In this document: one piece after another, positions 14,064 to 26,129 of the stretch
Layout: every line of letters starts with the position of its first letter
How positions within the stretch are numbered: the stretch's first letter is position 1
Origin: Lytechinus pictus
Lineage: Eukaryota
DNA length: 64,000 nt
Assembly (NCBI RefSeq): GCF_037042905.1
Contig: NC_087251.1
Coordinates: forward strand, 7,628,001-7,692,000
Reading direction: 5' to 3'
Made by a program: the position numbers and the translations under genes
The notes under the pieces: generated by a model
The model's input: the letters and a program-made list of their open reading frames with translations, nothing else
What the model was told of the DNA's origin: nothing
Database searches by the model: none

Positions 14064-17000
14064 TTAAGCGACTCAACCTAAGTCTACCTGTATGTTAACT
14101 ACCACCTATCATCTTAATTGACTCACCCCTATTCTAGCTGTATGTTTACTACTACCTATCATCTTAAGTGACTCACCCTTAGTCTAGCCGTATCTTAACT
14201 ACCACCTATCATCTTAAGTGACTCACCCTTAGTCTAGCTGTATGTTTACTACTACCTATCATCTTAAGTGACTCACCCTTAGTCTAGCTGTATGTTTACT
14301 ACTAGCTATCATCTTTAGTGACTCACCCCTAGTCTAGCTGTTGTTTACTACCAGCTATTATCTTAAGTGACTCACCCCTAGTCTAGCTGTATGTTTACTA
14401 CCACCTATCATCTTAAGTGACTCAACCTTATTCTAGCCGTATATTAACTACCACCTATCATCTTAAGTGACTCACCCTTAGTCTAACTGTATGTTTACTA
14501 CCAGCTATTATCTTAAGTGACTCACCCTTAGTCTAGCTGTATGTTTACTACCACCTATCATCTTAAGTGACTCACCCTTAGTCTAGCCGTATGTTAACTA
14601 CCACCTAGCATCTTAAGTGACTCACCCTTAGTCTAGCTGTATGTTTACTACCACCTATCATCTTAAGTGACTCACCCTTAGGCTAGCTGTATGTTTCCTA
14701 CTACCTATCATCTTAAGTGACTCACCCTTAGTCTAGCCGTATGTTAACTACCACCCATCATCTTAAGTGACTCACCCTTAATCTAGCTGTATGTTTACTA
14801 CCACCTATCATCTTAAGTGACTCACCCTTAGTCTAGCTGTATGTTAACTACCACCTAGCATCTTAAGTGACTCGCCCCTAGTCTAGCTGTATGTTTACTA
14901 CCAGCTATTATCTTAAGTGACTCACCCTTAGTCTAGCTGTATGTTTCCTACTACCTATCATCTTAAGTGACTCACCCCTAGTCTAGCTGTATGTTTACTA
15001 CCAGCTATCATCTTAAGTGACTCACCCTTAGTCTAGCTGTATGTTTACTACCAGCTATCATCTTAAGTGACTCACCCTTAGTCTAGCTGTATGTTTACTA
15101 CCAGCTATTATCTTAAGTGACTCACCCTTAGTCTAGCTGTATGTTTCCTACTACCTATCATCTTAAGTGACTCACCCTTAGTCTAGCTGTATGTTTACTA
15201 CCAGCTATCATCTTAAGTGACTCACCCTTAGTCTAGCTGTATGTTTACTACCACCCATCATCTTAAGTGACTCACCCTTAGTCTAGCCGTATGTTAACTA
15301 CCACCTAGCATCTTAAGTGACTCACCCTTAGTCTAGCTGTATGTTTACTACCACCCATCATCTTAAGTGACTCACCCTTAATCTAGCTGTATGTTTACTA
15401 CCACCCATCATCTTAAGTGACTCACACTTAGTCTAGCCTTATGTTAACTACCACCCATCACCTTAAGTGACTCACCCTTAGTCTAGCCGTATGTTAACTA
15501 CCACCTAGCATCTTAAGTGACTCACTCCTAGTCTAGCTGTATGTTTACTACCACCCATCATCTTAAGTGACTTACCCTTAATCTAGCTGTATGTTTACTA
15601 CCACCTATCATCTTAAGTGACTCACCCTTGGTCTAGCTGTATGTTAACTACCACCTAGCATCTTAAGTGACTCACCCCTAGTCTAGCTGTATGTTTACTA
15701 CCAGCTATCATCTTAAGTGACTCACCCTTAGTCTAGCTGTATGTTTACTACCAGCTATCATCTTAAGTGACTCACCCTTAGTCTAGCTGTATGTTTACTA
15801 CCACCCATCATCTTAAGTGACTCACCCTTAGTCTAGCCGTATGTTAACTACCACCTAGCATCTTAAGTGACTCACCCTTAGTCTAGCTGTATGTTTACTA
15901 CCACCCATCATCTTAAGTGACTCACCCTTAATCTAGCTGTATGTTTACTACCACCCATCATCTTAAGTGACTCACACTTAGTCTAGCCTTATGTTAACTA
16001 CCACCCATCACCTTAAGTGACTCACCCTTAGTCTAGCCGTATGTTAACTACCACCTAGCATCTTAAGTGACTCACTCCTAGTCTAGCTGTATGTTTACTA
16101 CCACCCATCATCTTAAGTGACTTACCCTTAATCTAGCTGTATGTTTACTACCACCTATCATCTTAAGTGACTCACCCTTGGTCTAGCTGTATGTTAACTA
16201 CCACCTAGCATCTTAAGTGACTCACCCCTAGTCTAGCTGTATGTTTACTACCAGCTATTATCTTAAGTGACTCACCCTTAGTCTAGCTGTATGTTTCCTA
16301 CTACCTATCATCTTAAGTGACTCACCCCTAGTCTAGCTGTATGTTTACTGACAGCTATCATCTTAAGTGACTCACCCTTAGTCTAGCTGTATGTTTACTA
16401 CCACCTATCATCTTAAGTGACTCACCCTTAGTCTAGCTGTATGTTTACTACCACCCATCATCTTAAGTGACTCACCCTTAGTCTAGCCGTATGTTAACTA
16501 CCACCTAGCATCTTAAGTGACTCACCCTTAGTCTAGCTGTATGTTTACTACCACCCATCATCTTAAGTGACTCACCCTTAATCTAGCTGTATGTTTACTA
16601 CCACCCATCATCTTAAGTGACTCACACTTAGTCTAGCCGTATGTTAACTACCACCCATCACCTTAAGTGACTCACCCTTAGTCTAGCCGTATGTTAACTA
16701 CCACCTAGCATCCTAAGTGACTCACCCTTAGTCTAGCTGTATGTTTACTACCAGCTATCATCTTAAGTGACTCACCCTTAGTCTAGCTGTATGTTTACTA
16801 CCACCTATCATCTTAAGTGACTCACCCTTAGTCTAGCTGTATGTTTACTACCACCCATCATCTTAAGTGACTCACCCTTAGTCTAGCCGTATGTTAACTA
16901 CCACCTAGCATCTTAAGTGACTCACCCTTAGTCTAGCTGTATGTTTACTACCACCCATCATCTTAAGTGACTCACCCTTAATCTAGCTGTATGTTTACTA

Positions 17001-17625
17001 CCACCTATCATCTTAAGTGACTCACCCTTAGTCTAGCTGTATGTTAACTACCACCTAGCATCTTAAGTGACTCACCCCTAGTCTAGCTGTATGTTTACTA
17101 CCAGCTATTATCTTAAGTGACTCACCCTTAGTCTAGCTGTATGTTTCCTACTACCTATCATCTTAAGTGACTCACCCCTAGTCTAGCTGTATGTTTACTA
17201 CCAGCTATCATCTTAAGTGACTCACCCTTAGTCTAGCTGTATGTTTACTACCAGCTATCATCTTAAGTGACTCACCCTTAGTCTAGCTGTATGTTTACTA
17301 CCACCCATCATCTTAAGTGACTCACCCTTAGTCTAGCCGTATGTTAACTACCACCTAGCATCTTAAGTGACTCACCCTTAGTCTAGCTGTATGTTTACTA
17401 CCACCCATCATCTTAAGTGACTCACCCTTAATCTAGCTGTATGTTTACTACCACCCATCATCTTAAGTGACTCACACTTAGTCTAGCCGTATGTTAACTA
17501 CCACCCATCACCTTAAGTGACTCACCCTTAGTCTAGCCGTATGTTAACTACCACCTAGCATCCTAAGTGACTCACCCTTAGTCTAGCTGTATGTTTACTA
17601 CCAGCTATTATCTTAAGTGACTCAC

Positions 17626-17743
17626 CCTTAGTCTAGCTGTATGTTTATTACCACCTATCATCTTCTTAATACACCACACTGCTGATCTGTCTCCTCGTTT
17701 ATACTCCATGGTTTGACTTTGTGATGGTAGGCTTGGGGATACA
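17626..17743 (-). CDS. AP4M1: AP4M1 exon 12 (VSPSLPSQSQTMEYKRGDRSAVWCIKKMIGGNKHTARLR)
   Basis: 118 nt. W.IKK..GG motif of mu adaptins. Flanked by tttacag and gtgagt. Its last 36 nt are also the first unit of the 50-bp array. Confidence 0.92.
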
Positions 17744-18064
17744 CTGTAAAATATTAAAATATGATTAACTATGATTTACAATTATTCAAATAAAACTTTT
17801 TTAATTCCATGTTTAAAAAAATGTATTATGCTGGATTTCTGAGAAATGTAAGCAAAACAAAACACATGCTCAGAGACCATGTTAATGTTATCAAGCTATC
17901 GGTCTAAAAATCTCATTGCTATTAAAAATATAACAAACTATTGCCTAAAATGAATTACAATGACTGACTGTACAATGAATTACAAAGTCAATCTTAACCT
18001 GAACCAGAACAAAATAATAAATGGAAATTATACACTTGAGTAGGTTTATGCTTCCATGACTTAC

Positions 18065-18163
18065 TCTGTAGTAGCTTTGGGTAGTGGTAAGTTGAGTTTG
18101 ACATTGACAGCATGGTGTCTCTGATCAACATGACACATTACATGAAGTTCTACTTCCACAATC
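18065..18163 (-). CDS. AP4M1: AP4M1 exon 11 (IVEVELHVMCHVDQRHHAVNVKLNLPLPKATT-D)
   Basis: 99 nt. A.NV....PLP motif. Flanked by ttag and gtaagt. Confidence 0.93.
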
Positions 18164-18677
18164 CTAAGCAAAAGAAATAAGGAATATTACTTCAAAGTTT
18201 AATTTCAATTCAATCCAATATAGTTTTCTCAGCATATGACAAGCAATATAATATAAAAAGTACAAAAATGACCAAGTTATAAGTATGTACAATGAGAGGG
18301 TGGTACCCCAAAATGAGTAATCCTTGTCTATGGCTGACCCCAACAAAGGCAATTAGCTGGAAAAAAAACATCTTCCAGAGTTCCTGATTGATTATAGAAA
18401 CCAATCATGAACACAAAGACATTTTATCTGATAAACAATTGCTGTCAAGATGAAATAACATGGACAAATGTTACTTTATATCTTGTGAAAGGACCATGGT
18501 TATTCTCTTTTATAAATGTGTATAACAAAGTTATGCCAAGTGTTAAATAGTGTACAAAATAATATGCTGATTTTTCATTATATTTCTAAATGATATAAAT
18601 GGTTTGCTTAATGCACCTGTGTAGGATAAATGAGATCTTAGGATTTAAGCATGTTACAGGACACCATAAAATCTTAC

Positions 18678-18769
18678 TGTTTTTCAGTAATCTCTGCCAC
18701 TGATGCCTCTACTTGGAATGGAAGTTTATTGGAAAGATGATTAGAAATACCATATTTCATTAATGTTGT
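18678..18769 (-). CDS. AP4M1: AP4M1 exon 10 (TTLMKYGISNHLSNKLPFQVEASVAEITEK-Q)
   Basis: 92 nt. LM.Y...LPF motif. Flanked by ttcacag and gtaaga. Confidence 0.93.
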
Positions 18770-19718
18770 CTGTGAAATAAAAGGAGAAACAAACCTTGAT
18801 GAAACAAAACTAAACATTACAATAGCATTACAGGTTCTTAAAATCAGAACAGAAATGGTACAAAGTTATAAAAACAATTGATGCTTCTGTGATTAGAAAA
18901 GCCATATTTAATCATATTGTCTGTGAAATCAAAGGAGAAAAACCCTTGATAAGACAAAACTATAAATGACAAGATTAGAAATCAACACATAAGTGATAAA
19001 AGGGGGTAAAATCTTGCTTTTACATATTTAGATATGAAAATTTCATATAATACAGACAAACAATATTTCTATTTTAATACCACAATTATAAGTTGTTTAA
19101 AGTTTTCTACATGGACTTTGGAAAAGTAGGAAGCGCTCAAATATCAGTGGAAGCTCAATCATGAATTATATGAAAAAAAAAATTTAATTTCCCTTGAAAT
19201 AATTATCAAAACTAAACTTCATCTGAGACCATTTCAAAATTACGTTACACAATATAGACCAGTGGACCTTACAACTGGACCACGATCCAATTTTGGAACA
19301 AATCGCATTGTGCTCATTATCTGAAAATGTGAATGAAAAGTATGTTTTTATTTGAGGTTCAAATTAACTGAAAGAATACTAATATAAAAATTTTGGATGA
19401 TTGCAAGCCTTTATTTTTAGTAAAGGCCAAATTAGTTTCAAATCATAGCCAATTGTATGATTACTATGACATCATTACGACTACATATTAAATTCACTTT
19501 TATTCTAATAAGGATGGTAGCATAGTGACAGATTTGAACATAGGTATTGGTACAATGATTTAGAACATTACACAGTAAGGTATTCCATGTCTCAATATAA
19601 TAGCATCGAATTCTACTATGTGTTATTCCAAAATCAGTTCGCAGACCAATCATAAGGTGTGCAGTGGCCTTAAAACTTTTTTGGGGGAGGATGGTGCATA
19701 AAGTTGTTTAAAATTTAC

Positions 19719-19879
19719 CTCTCCTTCTTGGCTTTGAGTTCTTAAGACCCTCTGCTGCTCAAACTCAGCTAGACTAATAGCAGGATGGAACTGAACATGG
19801 TCTAATCTAACTCCTGGTCCAGTACTGATTGGACTACCTCTACCTATCATAAGGTCTTCACTTAAACCAATCACAAGTT
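19719..19879 (-). CDS. AP4M1: AP4M1 exon 9 (LVIGLSEDLMIGRG...RLDHVQFHPAISLAEFEQQRVLRTQSQEGE)
   Basis: 161 nt. LD...FH..V/I.L..FE..R motif of mu adaptins. Phase consistent. Confidence 0.95.
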
Positions 19880-20013
19880 CTGTAATGATATAAAATAATA
19901 AGGGCTGTTAAAAAATGTAAACAAAACATGAATTAATATCAAGAAGTATATGGCCTATAGACTTTGACCTACTTTATTCTTTTATGTGACATTATGGGGA
20001 AAACTCCATTTAA

Positions 20014-20471
20014 AGGATAATGGAACCTTTGGGAGCAAGAGATTATCCAACTGGCAATGCAATAAGACCTGTGATGTCACACATGTACATCTCGTCCGTT
20101 TGGACACCAAAATATACCCCATAGTACATGTATATCTTTTTTTTTGCTCATTCCGATGGTATGACAAATTCATATAACCTTGTGAAACTTCTCTTACATA
20201 TCCTCTCACAAAAAAGAACACCTAATCTTGCAATAGAAAAGAAAATCGAAGTGAAATATCTACTCAAGTAATTGGGAAGTTGTATGTGTGTGAGATCACA
20301 GATAATATTCGCATTGCCAATGGGAGTATCTACATACCAATAGTGATCTCAATATTCAAATGCTCATAACTTTCTTCTTATTCATTCGATTTTCCTCACA
20401 TTTCATTATTCTGTTTCTTTGATTTTTCTCTTTTATATGAATTCAACTGGTTTCAGGAGTTTCATTCTCCT
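20014..20471. mobile_element. Kolobok-like TTAA MITE
   Basis: TTAA-AGGATAATGGAACC ... AGTTTCATTCTCCT-TTAA, purine-purine termini. Confidence 0.6.
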
Positions 20472-21270
20472 TTAAAGCAATTGAAAATGCAATAAGTATA
20501 TTCATTGATCTTTTAAAGTTAATTGAAATATCTCTCTATCTCAACATATTGGATGACAATGGTGACCATACAGTTCTGTCCCATACTCAGGGTGACCAGA
20601 TTCGGGCAGTCAAAATACGGGACACTTCAATGTCATACCGTTGACGGTATGAGCCCTAAAAAATTTGGGGGGCTAGACATGGCACAAAGGGCAAAATATC
20701 TAAAACGTATGGGCGAGCAAAAATTGTAACATTTTCTATTTAAATAGATTTTGACACATGTAGAAATTTACACCATATTTCACTCTTTCCTTTTCTCTTT
20801 CTCTCTTTTATTTTCTTAGTCCTAAATTTTTTGGGGATCCATGTCCGTAAGTCCCCCCCCCCCATCTCTATGTCAGTTTCTCCTACAGTAAATTATGTAT
20901 ATTAATTAGAATTCAACTCTCCTGGTCAAACTAGCCAAATAGAATGAAGCCCACCAATTGATGCAAAGACATTGAAAAAACTATCTAGGTACATGCACAT
21001 ACACTTTGCTAATAACAGAAGATTTCTCTACATAGGCTTTACGAAAAATTTCATAAAAATAATGTATAAAGATTTCTTTCCAAAAATTCTTTGTGCGTTT
21101 CCCTTTATTGTTTACACATGTGAGAAAAAGTAAAATGCATGAATATTCTCATATAAATGTGTTCAAAATTGTGAAATACGGGACAAAACAGCGTTCCAGA
21201 CAGGGTTGCAAGGGATACAGGACAAATTAGTGAAATATGGGACTGTCCCTTGAAATCCAGGATGTCTGGT

Positions 21271-21884
21271 CGGTTCCATGACATTTGCTCCGGCGACAAC
21301 TGCTCCAATGAAAAATCTGCACGCTGAGCCAAACATTAAATCTACCCTCCAAAACTAAATAAACCCTAATCCTTATCTTTACATTATTCGGACCCCAAAA
21401 CTGAATTACAATCCTAATTCTAACCCTATGACCTGTGATATATTAAAGAGAAATGCCAGTAATTGCAGTAAACACTTATTTCATGAGAAAGTCTGTCAAA
21501 CCAGGCTTAATTGTCAGTATATCATTGAAGATCTAGTTCTGGTACAGTTACATGAACTGAACTTTCTGAAATCTTGAAATCTACGCTGAAAAATGTTCAC
21601 ACTGAAGATCACCAACACAGATAGGCACACGTGGGACAGTGTATTATTATTGCTGGAATAAAGACCCGACGGAAGTGACCGAATCCGCGCTTATTTTGCT
21701 TATTTCTCAGCAATTACACAATTTCTTCCAGAATCCTTTGGCACATATTTTTTATTCATACAAACAGACACTTTGGTGGTCATTATATTAGATTCTGTAA
21801 AAAGTCATTTTGAGATTGTTACCAATACTGGAATTTATCTTTAAGACCGGAGCAAATGTTGCAGGAGCAAATGTTGTTTCACCG
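21271..21884. mobile_element. TIR MITE (CGGT...ACATTTGCTCC type)
   Basis: CGGTTCCATGACATTTGCTCC / GGAGCAAATGTTGTTTCACCG, flanked by TCTGGT direct repeat. Confidence 0.65.
21447..21840. mobile_element. Kolobok-like TTAA MITE
   Basis: TTAA-AGAGAAATGCCAGTA ... TACTGGAATTTATCT-TTAA. Confidence 0.7.
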
Positions 21885-22057
21885 TCTGGTCACCCATCCC
21901 ATTCTAGCCTGCTTAGTTCATTAGTATAACCACAGGACTCTCACTTAACCTATTACCAGCAATACTATTTGAGGATATTTTTATTCAATTATATTCATCA
22001 TGAAGAAATTGCAATTGAAACTGTACTGATTTTGATTAAGGCATATGTCTTACTCAC

Positions 22058-22124
22058 CAGGGTTTCCAATAAGAAAGCTTCTCAGATGTACTGTACCATT
22101 CAACTCACTCTGGATAACAGTACC
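22058..22124 (-). CDS. AP4M1: AP4M1 exon 8 (GTVIQSELNGTVHLRSFLIGNP-E)
   Basis: 67 nt, flanked by cag and gtgagt. Mu homology domain G....SFL.G.PE motif. Confidence 0.95.
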
Positions 22125-22146
22125 CTGTAAAGATAACAACATCTAA

Positions 22147-22395
22147 AGGCCACCGCACACCTTACGACCCGACTGGACTCGTCGTGCAACTCTGCTTTCT
22201 GATTGGCTGGAAGTTGGATTGAGCTTGTGATCCAGTCATAAGGATTCGACATGTCAAATCCTTACGATTTTCCTTGCGACTTGTCTCTGACCGGTCTGCA
22301 ACTCTCAAGCTGACAAGTGCTGTGACGTCACATTTCTCTTCACTAGGTCGCAGACCAGTCATAGACCAGTCGGGTCGTAAGGTGTGCGGTGGCCT
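22147..22395. mobile_element. PIF/Harbinger-like MITE (249 bp)
   Basis: Perfect 30-bp TIR AGGCCACCGCACACCTTACGACCCGACTGG and TAA duplication. Sits about 20 bp from the exon 8 acceptor. Confidence 0.88.
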
Positions 22396-22950
22396 TAATA
22401 TAACTAACATTATATCATCTTGTTTGACAAAGAAAAAACATCCTAAATTGACAATGACACACATACAACTACATCTGATGTGACGATGACAATGGTGGTG
22501 GTGATGAGGGAAAACTAGGATGAGGGAAAAAAAGGAGGTGAGGAAACACAAGAGGAGGGGTGGGGATATTCAAGGGATCCTACCCATGATTACGAGTGAG
22601 GGGAGTATGACAAATGTAGTTCTAATAAAACCTTAATATAGAAGAATTTTTAACCACTAATATTCTAAGTAATGAATCTACTAGAACATAATACCTCAAG
22701 TCAATTCTTATCTATACAAAGTCCACAAAAAATACATTCCTCGAATCACATGTACAATACTTCTTTCCAGAGTAATTTCAAATATGACCAATAAAATCAT
22801 AATTTAAAATCTTTAGGACTACACTACATGGATTATGGATACTTCACATAATCAATTAATCATTCTTTAAGAAGAGATAAAGGATTCCACATATCTAAGT
22901 CATGTGATTTAATAAATAATAAAAAGTACATCATATATTAAGCAACTTAC

Positions 22951-23022
22951 ATTGACTGCTACAAGCACAGTCATCCTTTCAATGATGTCCAAGTAAACTT
23001 CATTTTTCTGACTGCCAAGTGC
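22951..23022 (-). CDS. AP4M1: AP4M1 exon 7 (ALGSQKNEVYLDIIERMTVLVAVN)
   Basis: 72 nt. KNEV.LD..E motif marks the start of the mu homology domain. Confidence 0.95.
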
Positions 23023-23626
23023 CTAGAAATTAAATTTCAAAAAAATCATCTAATTTCTTATTAAAGAACAACATATTACGAATACATATTTGATGGTTAT
23101 CATGGCATTACTATGAATTTATTTCTTTAAAAAAAAAAATCTTAATTCAATTCAATTTTATTGACCATTAAGAATATCAAAATATTTTCAGAAATGACAC
23201 AATACCAATAATAATACAGAACATAATATCAGGGTCTTAAATCAAATACAAGTTACAAGGTACATAATTATAATGATCAGGACCCCTGAAGCTAGACTGC
23301 TTATAATTGGGGCTCTACAAATACATAGGTAACAAAAAACACACAAACACTTATTCTTTATTGCTATTATCAGAGAATATGGTTTTTATTTTTATAATCA
23401 GTGAAAGACATACCTTTTTTAACTTGGAAATTAATAAGAAAACAAATTTGAAATGTGAAGGAAAAAAATACAGTAAACCAAAATTTCTTAATAATTTAGT
23501 ACATCATGTGGATTCATGAACTAAAAACATTGAACATTTTACTGGACAGAATAAACTCTGGATGTACCAGGTTGTAGTTCATTTGCACACATACAAATAC
23601 AAAAATTAATTCGAATAAAAAATTAC

Positions 23627-23698
23627 CTGAGAATGTTGACTAAGAGATAATGGCTTATCAGGAGAATTACTTGGAGCAATTTGAAAATCAGAACCAAA
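23627..23698 (-). CDS. AP4M1: AP4M1 exon 6 (FGSDFQIAPSNSPDKPLSLSQHSQ)
   Basis: 72 nt, flanked by ttttag and gtaatt. Linker with the APS motif seen in mu4. Confidence 0.88.
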
Positions 23699-24176
23699 CT
23701 AAAATAGAAGAGAGAGAGAAACCATCTTTAGAAAAAGTTTGGACCAAAGTAAAATAGCAATTCATTAATGAAATGTTTAAACAATATGATCATGGTGTCA
23801 TTTCAATGGCTTAAATTTTCTCAGTATACACATTTTAATTTCTATTATGCATGCCCTTTCAAGATTTTAACACACCATAAAAATTACAAAATTATCAAAT
23901 ACATATCATCATTCAGATCAGAGAAAGATTTGGAAGAAAAAAGTTTCAACAGATGTTGCTGACTAGTGGGTAGTAGCAAATTATATGGAAGAGGAAGATC
24001 GGATATCTGATGCCTAATTATACATTTATAAACTTATAAACAACTCTGAATGTTTACTCTGTACAGTGCATAGAAATAGAATCAACTACGCTTGTTTACA
24101 ATACTGGTTGAGCAATTATTTGAAAAATAGGTAGAAAATATAGATGTTTGGTGTGAATTGTCAAGTAATGCCATAC

Positions 24177-24296
24177 CAATCCAGGTGCGATACCAAGGAT
24201 TCCTTCAATCTGCCTATCAGCTTTCACTGGTATGGGATCAGTCTGAATATAAGGCTTCAAACTACGGGTTGAAGTAGTGAGTACTATACCACAATC
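24177..24296 (-). CDS. AP4M1: AP4M1 exon 5 (DCGIVLTTSTRSLKPYIQTDPIPVKADRQIEGILGIAPGL)
   Basis: 120 nt, phase 0/0. Continues the D.G..Q/L.T motif after LLDEIM. Confidence 0.92.
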
Positions 24297-24439
24297 CTAT
24301 TAGAAAAAATATAAATTAAAATATATATATCAATACAAGCTATCACTGGTCTATATAGGGTCTGAATGAATATAAGGCTGCAAACTATGGGTTGAAGTAG
24401 TAAGTACTGTCCCAAAATCATATTATAAAATATAAATCA

Positions 24440-24471
<32 letters not shown>

Positions 24472-24681
24472 GTATCTCAACTTCACCTGACTCAATTTAA
24501 AATAATTGAGAGCAATAATTTGTTCAAGTCATATATAACTTTAGCTTTATGTCACTCTCCAGAGGTATAGAATAATTTGTAGCATTACATAAAATAATGT
24601 GATCATCAAGAGAATATCTGCAGCTATTGCTATTTTGATTCTAAGTTATCATCTATTTACAATGAACAGTGAGAGGCTTAC

Positions 24682-24778
24682 CATAATTTCATCTAATAAT
24701 TCATATACCAGAGCAGAGTTCTGAACAATGGCTTCTTCTGATACAATACCACAAAAGTCTTTCACTAACCCGCTCAAT
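24682..24778 (-). CDS. AP4M1: AP4M1 exon 4 (LSGLVKDFCGIVSEEAIVQNSALVYELLDEIM)
   Basis: 97 nt. Contains the adaptin mu/sigma signature N..LVYELLDE. AG/GT boundaries. Confidence 0.95.
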
Positions 24779-25376
24779 CTAATAAGATAAAAATGAGAAA
24801 AATATAGAAAGAATATTGTCAATTCAAATTCCATCTTTATCTCATAAAATGAAAAAACTTAATCAGTTATGCCTTAATTATTGAGAGAAATGATACTGAA
24901 ACATACAAATGAATCACACATTATAAATCAGCATTGAAGAGACCAGAATTTTAACTTGGAATCATTCTGGTGAAAGTTATCCTGTGGACATAAATAGATG
25001 GAAAAGCAAGCTAGCTCAAAACCAATCAGATGAACATTAGAAGTAATTTGGCAACTGCTTTTATTTTTCACAAGGTCAGTTAAAGCATTATTTTGTCTGC
25101 AGAATTCATGCTGTTGTCACAAGCAAACAAAATGCAAAGAATTCTTTTAAATATGAAAAATATTCATAGGGTTCATAGGGCTCTCAATTCAGATTTGTTG
25201 ATCAACTTTATCAAATTATAAAGGAATAATATTAAATATTATGATAGTTGTGAAGATGCAAAAATACAGGTTAACAGCATGTTAATAAAAAAAGGAAAAA
25301 CATATACAAAATTATTCAACTCTTACGTAATCCAACATATTTGTGTACTCAGCCAAAACAATTGAATTCTTTTTAC

Positions 25377-25483
25377 CTTTCTAATAATTCCAAAGCTGCA
25401 AAAGGTGGTTCATCTTGTGATGCAGAACATATAAAATATATACCATTGCACTTTATGTGAATGATGTACTTGCCACTTACTTC
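25377..25483 (-). CDS. AP4M1: AP4M1 exon 3 (EVSGKYIIHIKCNGIYFICSASQDEPPFAALELLE-R)
   Basis: 107 nt with AG/GT boundaries. Longin-domain-like mu-adaptin sequence. Confidence 0.92.
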
Positions 25484-26040
25484 CTGTAAAGATGGGACAA
25501 GAAAAATGACTGAAATCAAAACTACTGACATTTTATAGTCAAGCAATACACAGACTCCTGGTTTGAAAGGCTGCACACTTAGGTGATATCGTTTTCCCAA
25601 AGTTTTATTTAATGGACCAAGCATCTTTTGAAGAAAATTCACGGGCCAAATAATACACTGAATAAACGCTTACCACATCCAGTGCAAAAAGGAAACAAAT
25701 CCGAAAAATATTAGCAATAATATAGTTAATAATATGAATTAAATAATAATAATTATAATAATAATAGTAATAACAACAGCAATAAAAATAATAATAATAA
25801 TAATAATAATGGTATAATTTTATAAAGTGCACACACCATTTAAAGACGCTCATGGAAGGAAAAAATAAATCTAGATTCATTGTAAAATACATTTCTTGCA
25901 GAAGTCTAAATATGTAATACCTGTATCTAGAAGTGAATAGTAAATGAAACAATCAGATATTTCATAACTTGATATTTATCAAAATTTTGTTTTCCTTACA
26001 AATAATAAAAAAAATAATAATCATGTTTAATGATGTTTAC

Positions 26041-26129
26041 CATAACTGGAAGTAGATCTTTTTCTTCGAGGTTCTTATTAAGGAAAGACCTGAAAACTTC
26101 TCCAAACTTTGGAATCCCATGTTCCTGAT
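26041..26129 (-). CDS. AP4M1: AP4M1 exon 2 (QEHGIPKFGEVFRSFLNKNLEEKDLLPVM)
   Basis: 89 nt, flanked by ttctcag and gtaaac. Phase fits exons 1 and 3. Confidence 0.85.

Larger units (their letters stand above)
11046..17665. repeat. 50-bp minisatellite, ~100 copies, interrupted by two MITEs
   Basis: Unit CTTAGTCTAGCTGTATGTTTACTACCA(C/G)CTATCATCTTAAGTGACTCACC recurs at a 50-bp period. Variant blocks recur at 550 bp (15421/15971) and 850 bp (16621/17471). Confidence 0.98.
20588..21897. mobile_element. hAT (Blackjack-like) non-autonomous element hosting two nested MITEs
   Basis: CAGGGTGACCAGA ... TCTGGTCACCC ends, repeated GGGACA motifs, 8-bp flanks CCCATACT / CCCATTCT. Confidence 0.65.

Noticed and set aside
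11046..17665. CRISPR-like array or cassette of alternative 36-nt micro-exons
   Set aside because: There are no unique spacers and the context is eukaryotic. The 14-nt GT-AG gaps are too short to be introns, and many units carry an in-frame TAA.
25740..25810. Tyr/Cys-rich ORF 25605-25952
   Set aside because: Translation of an (AAT)n microsatellite in intron 2.
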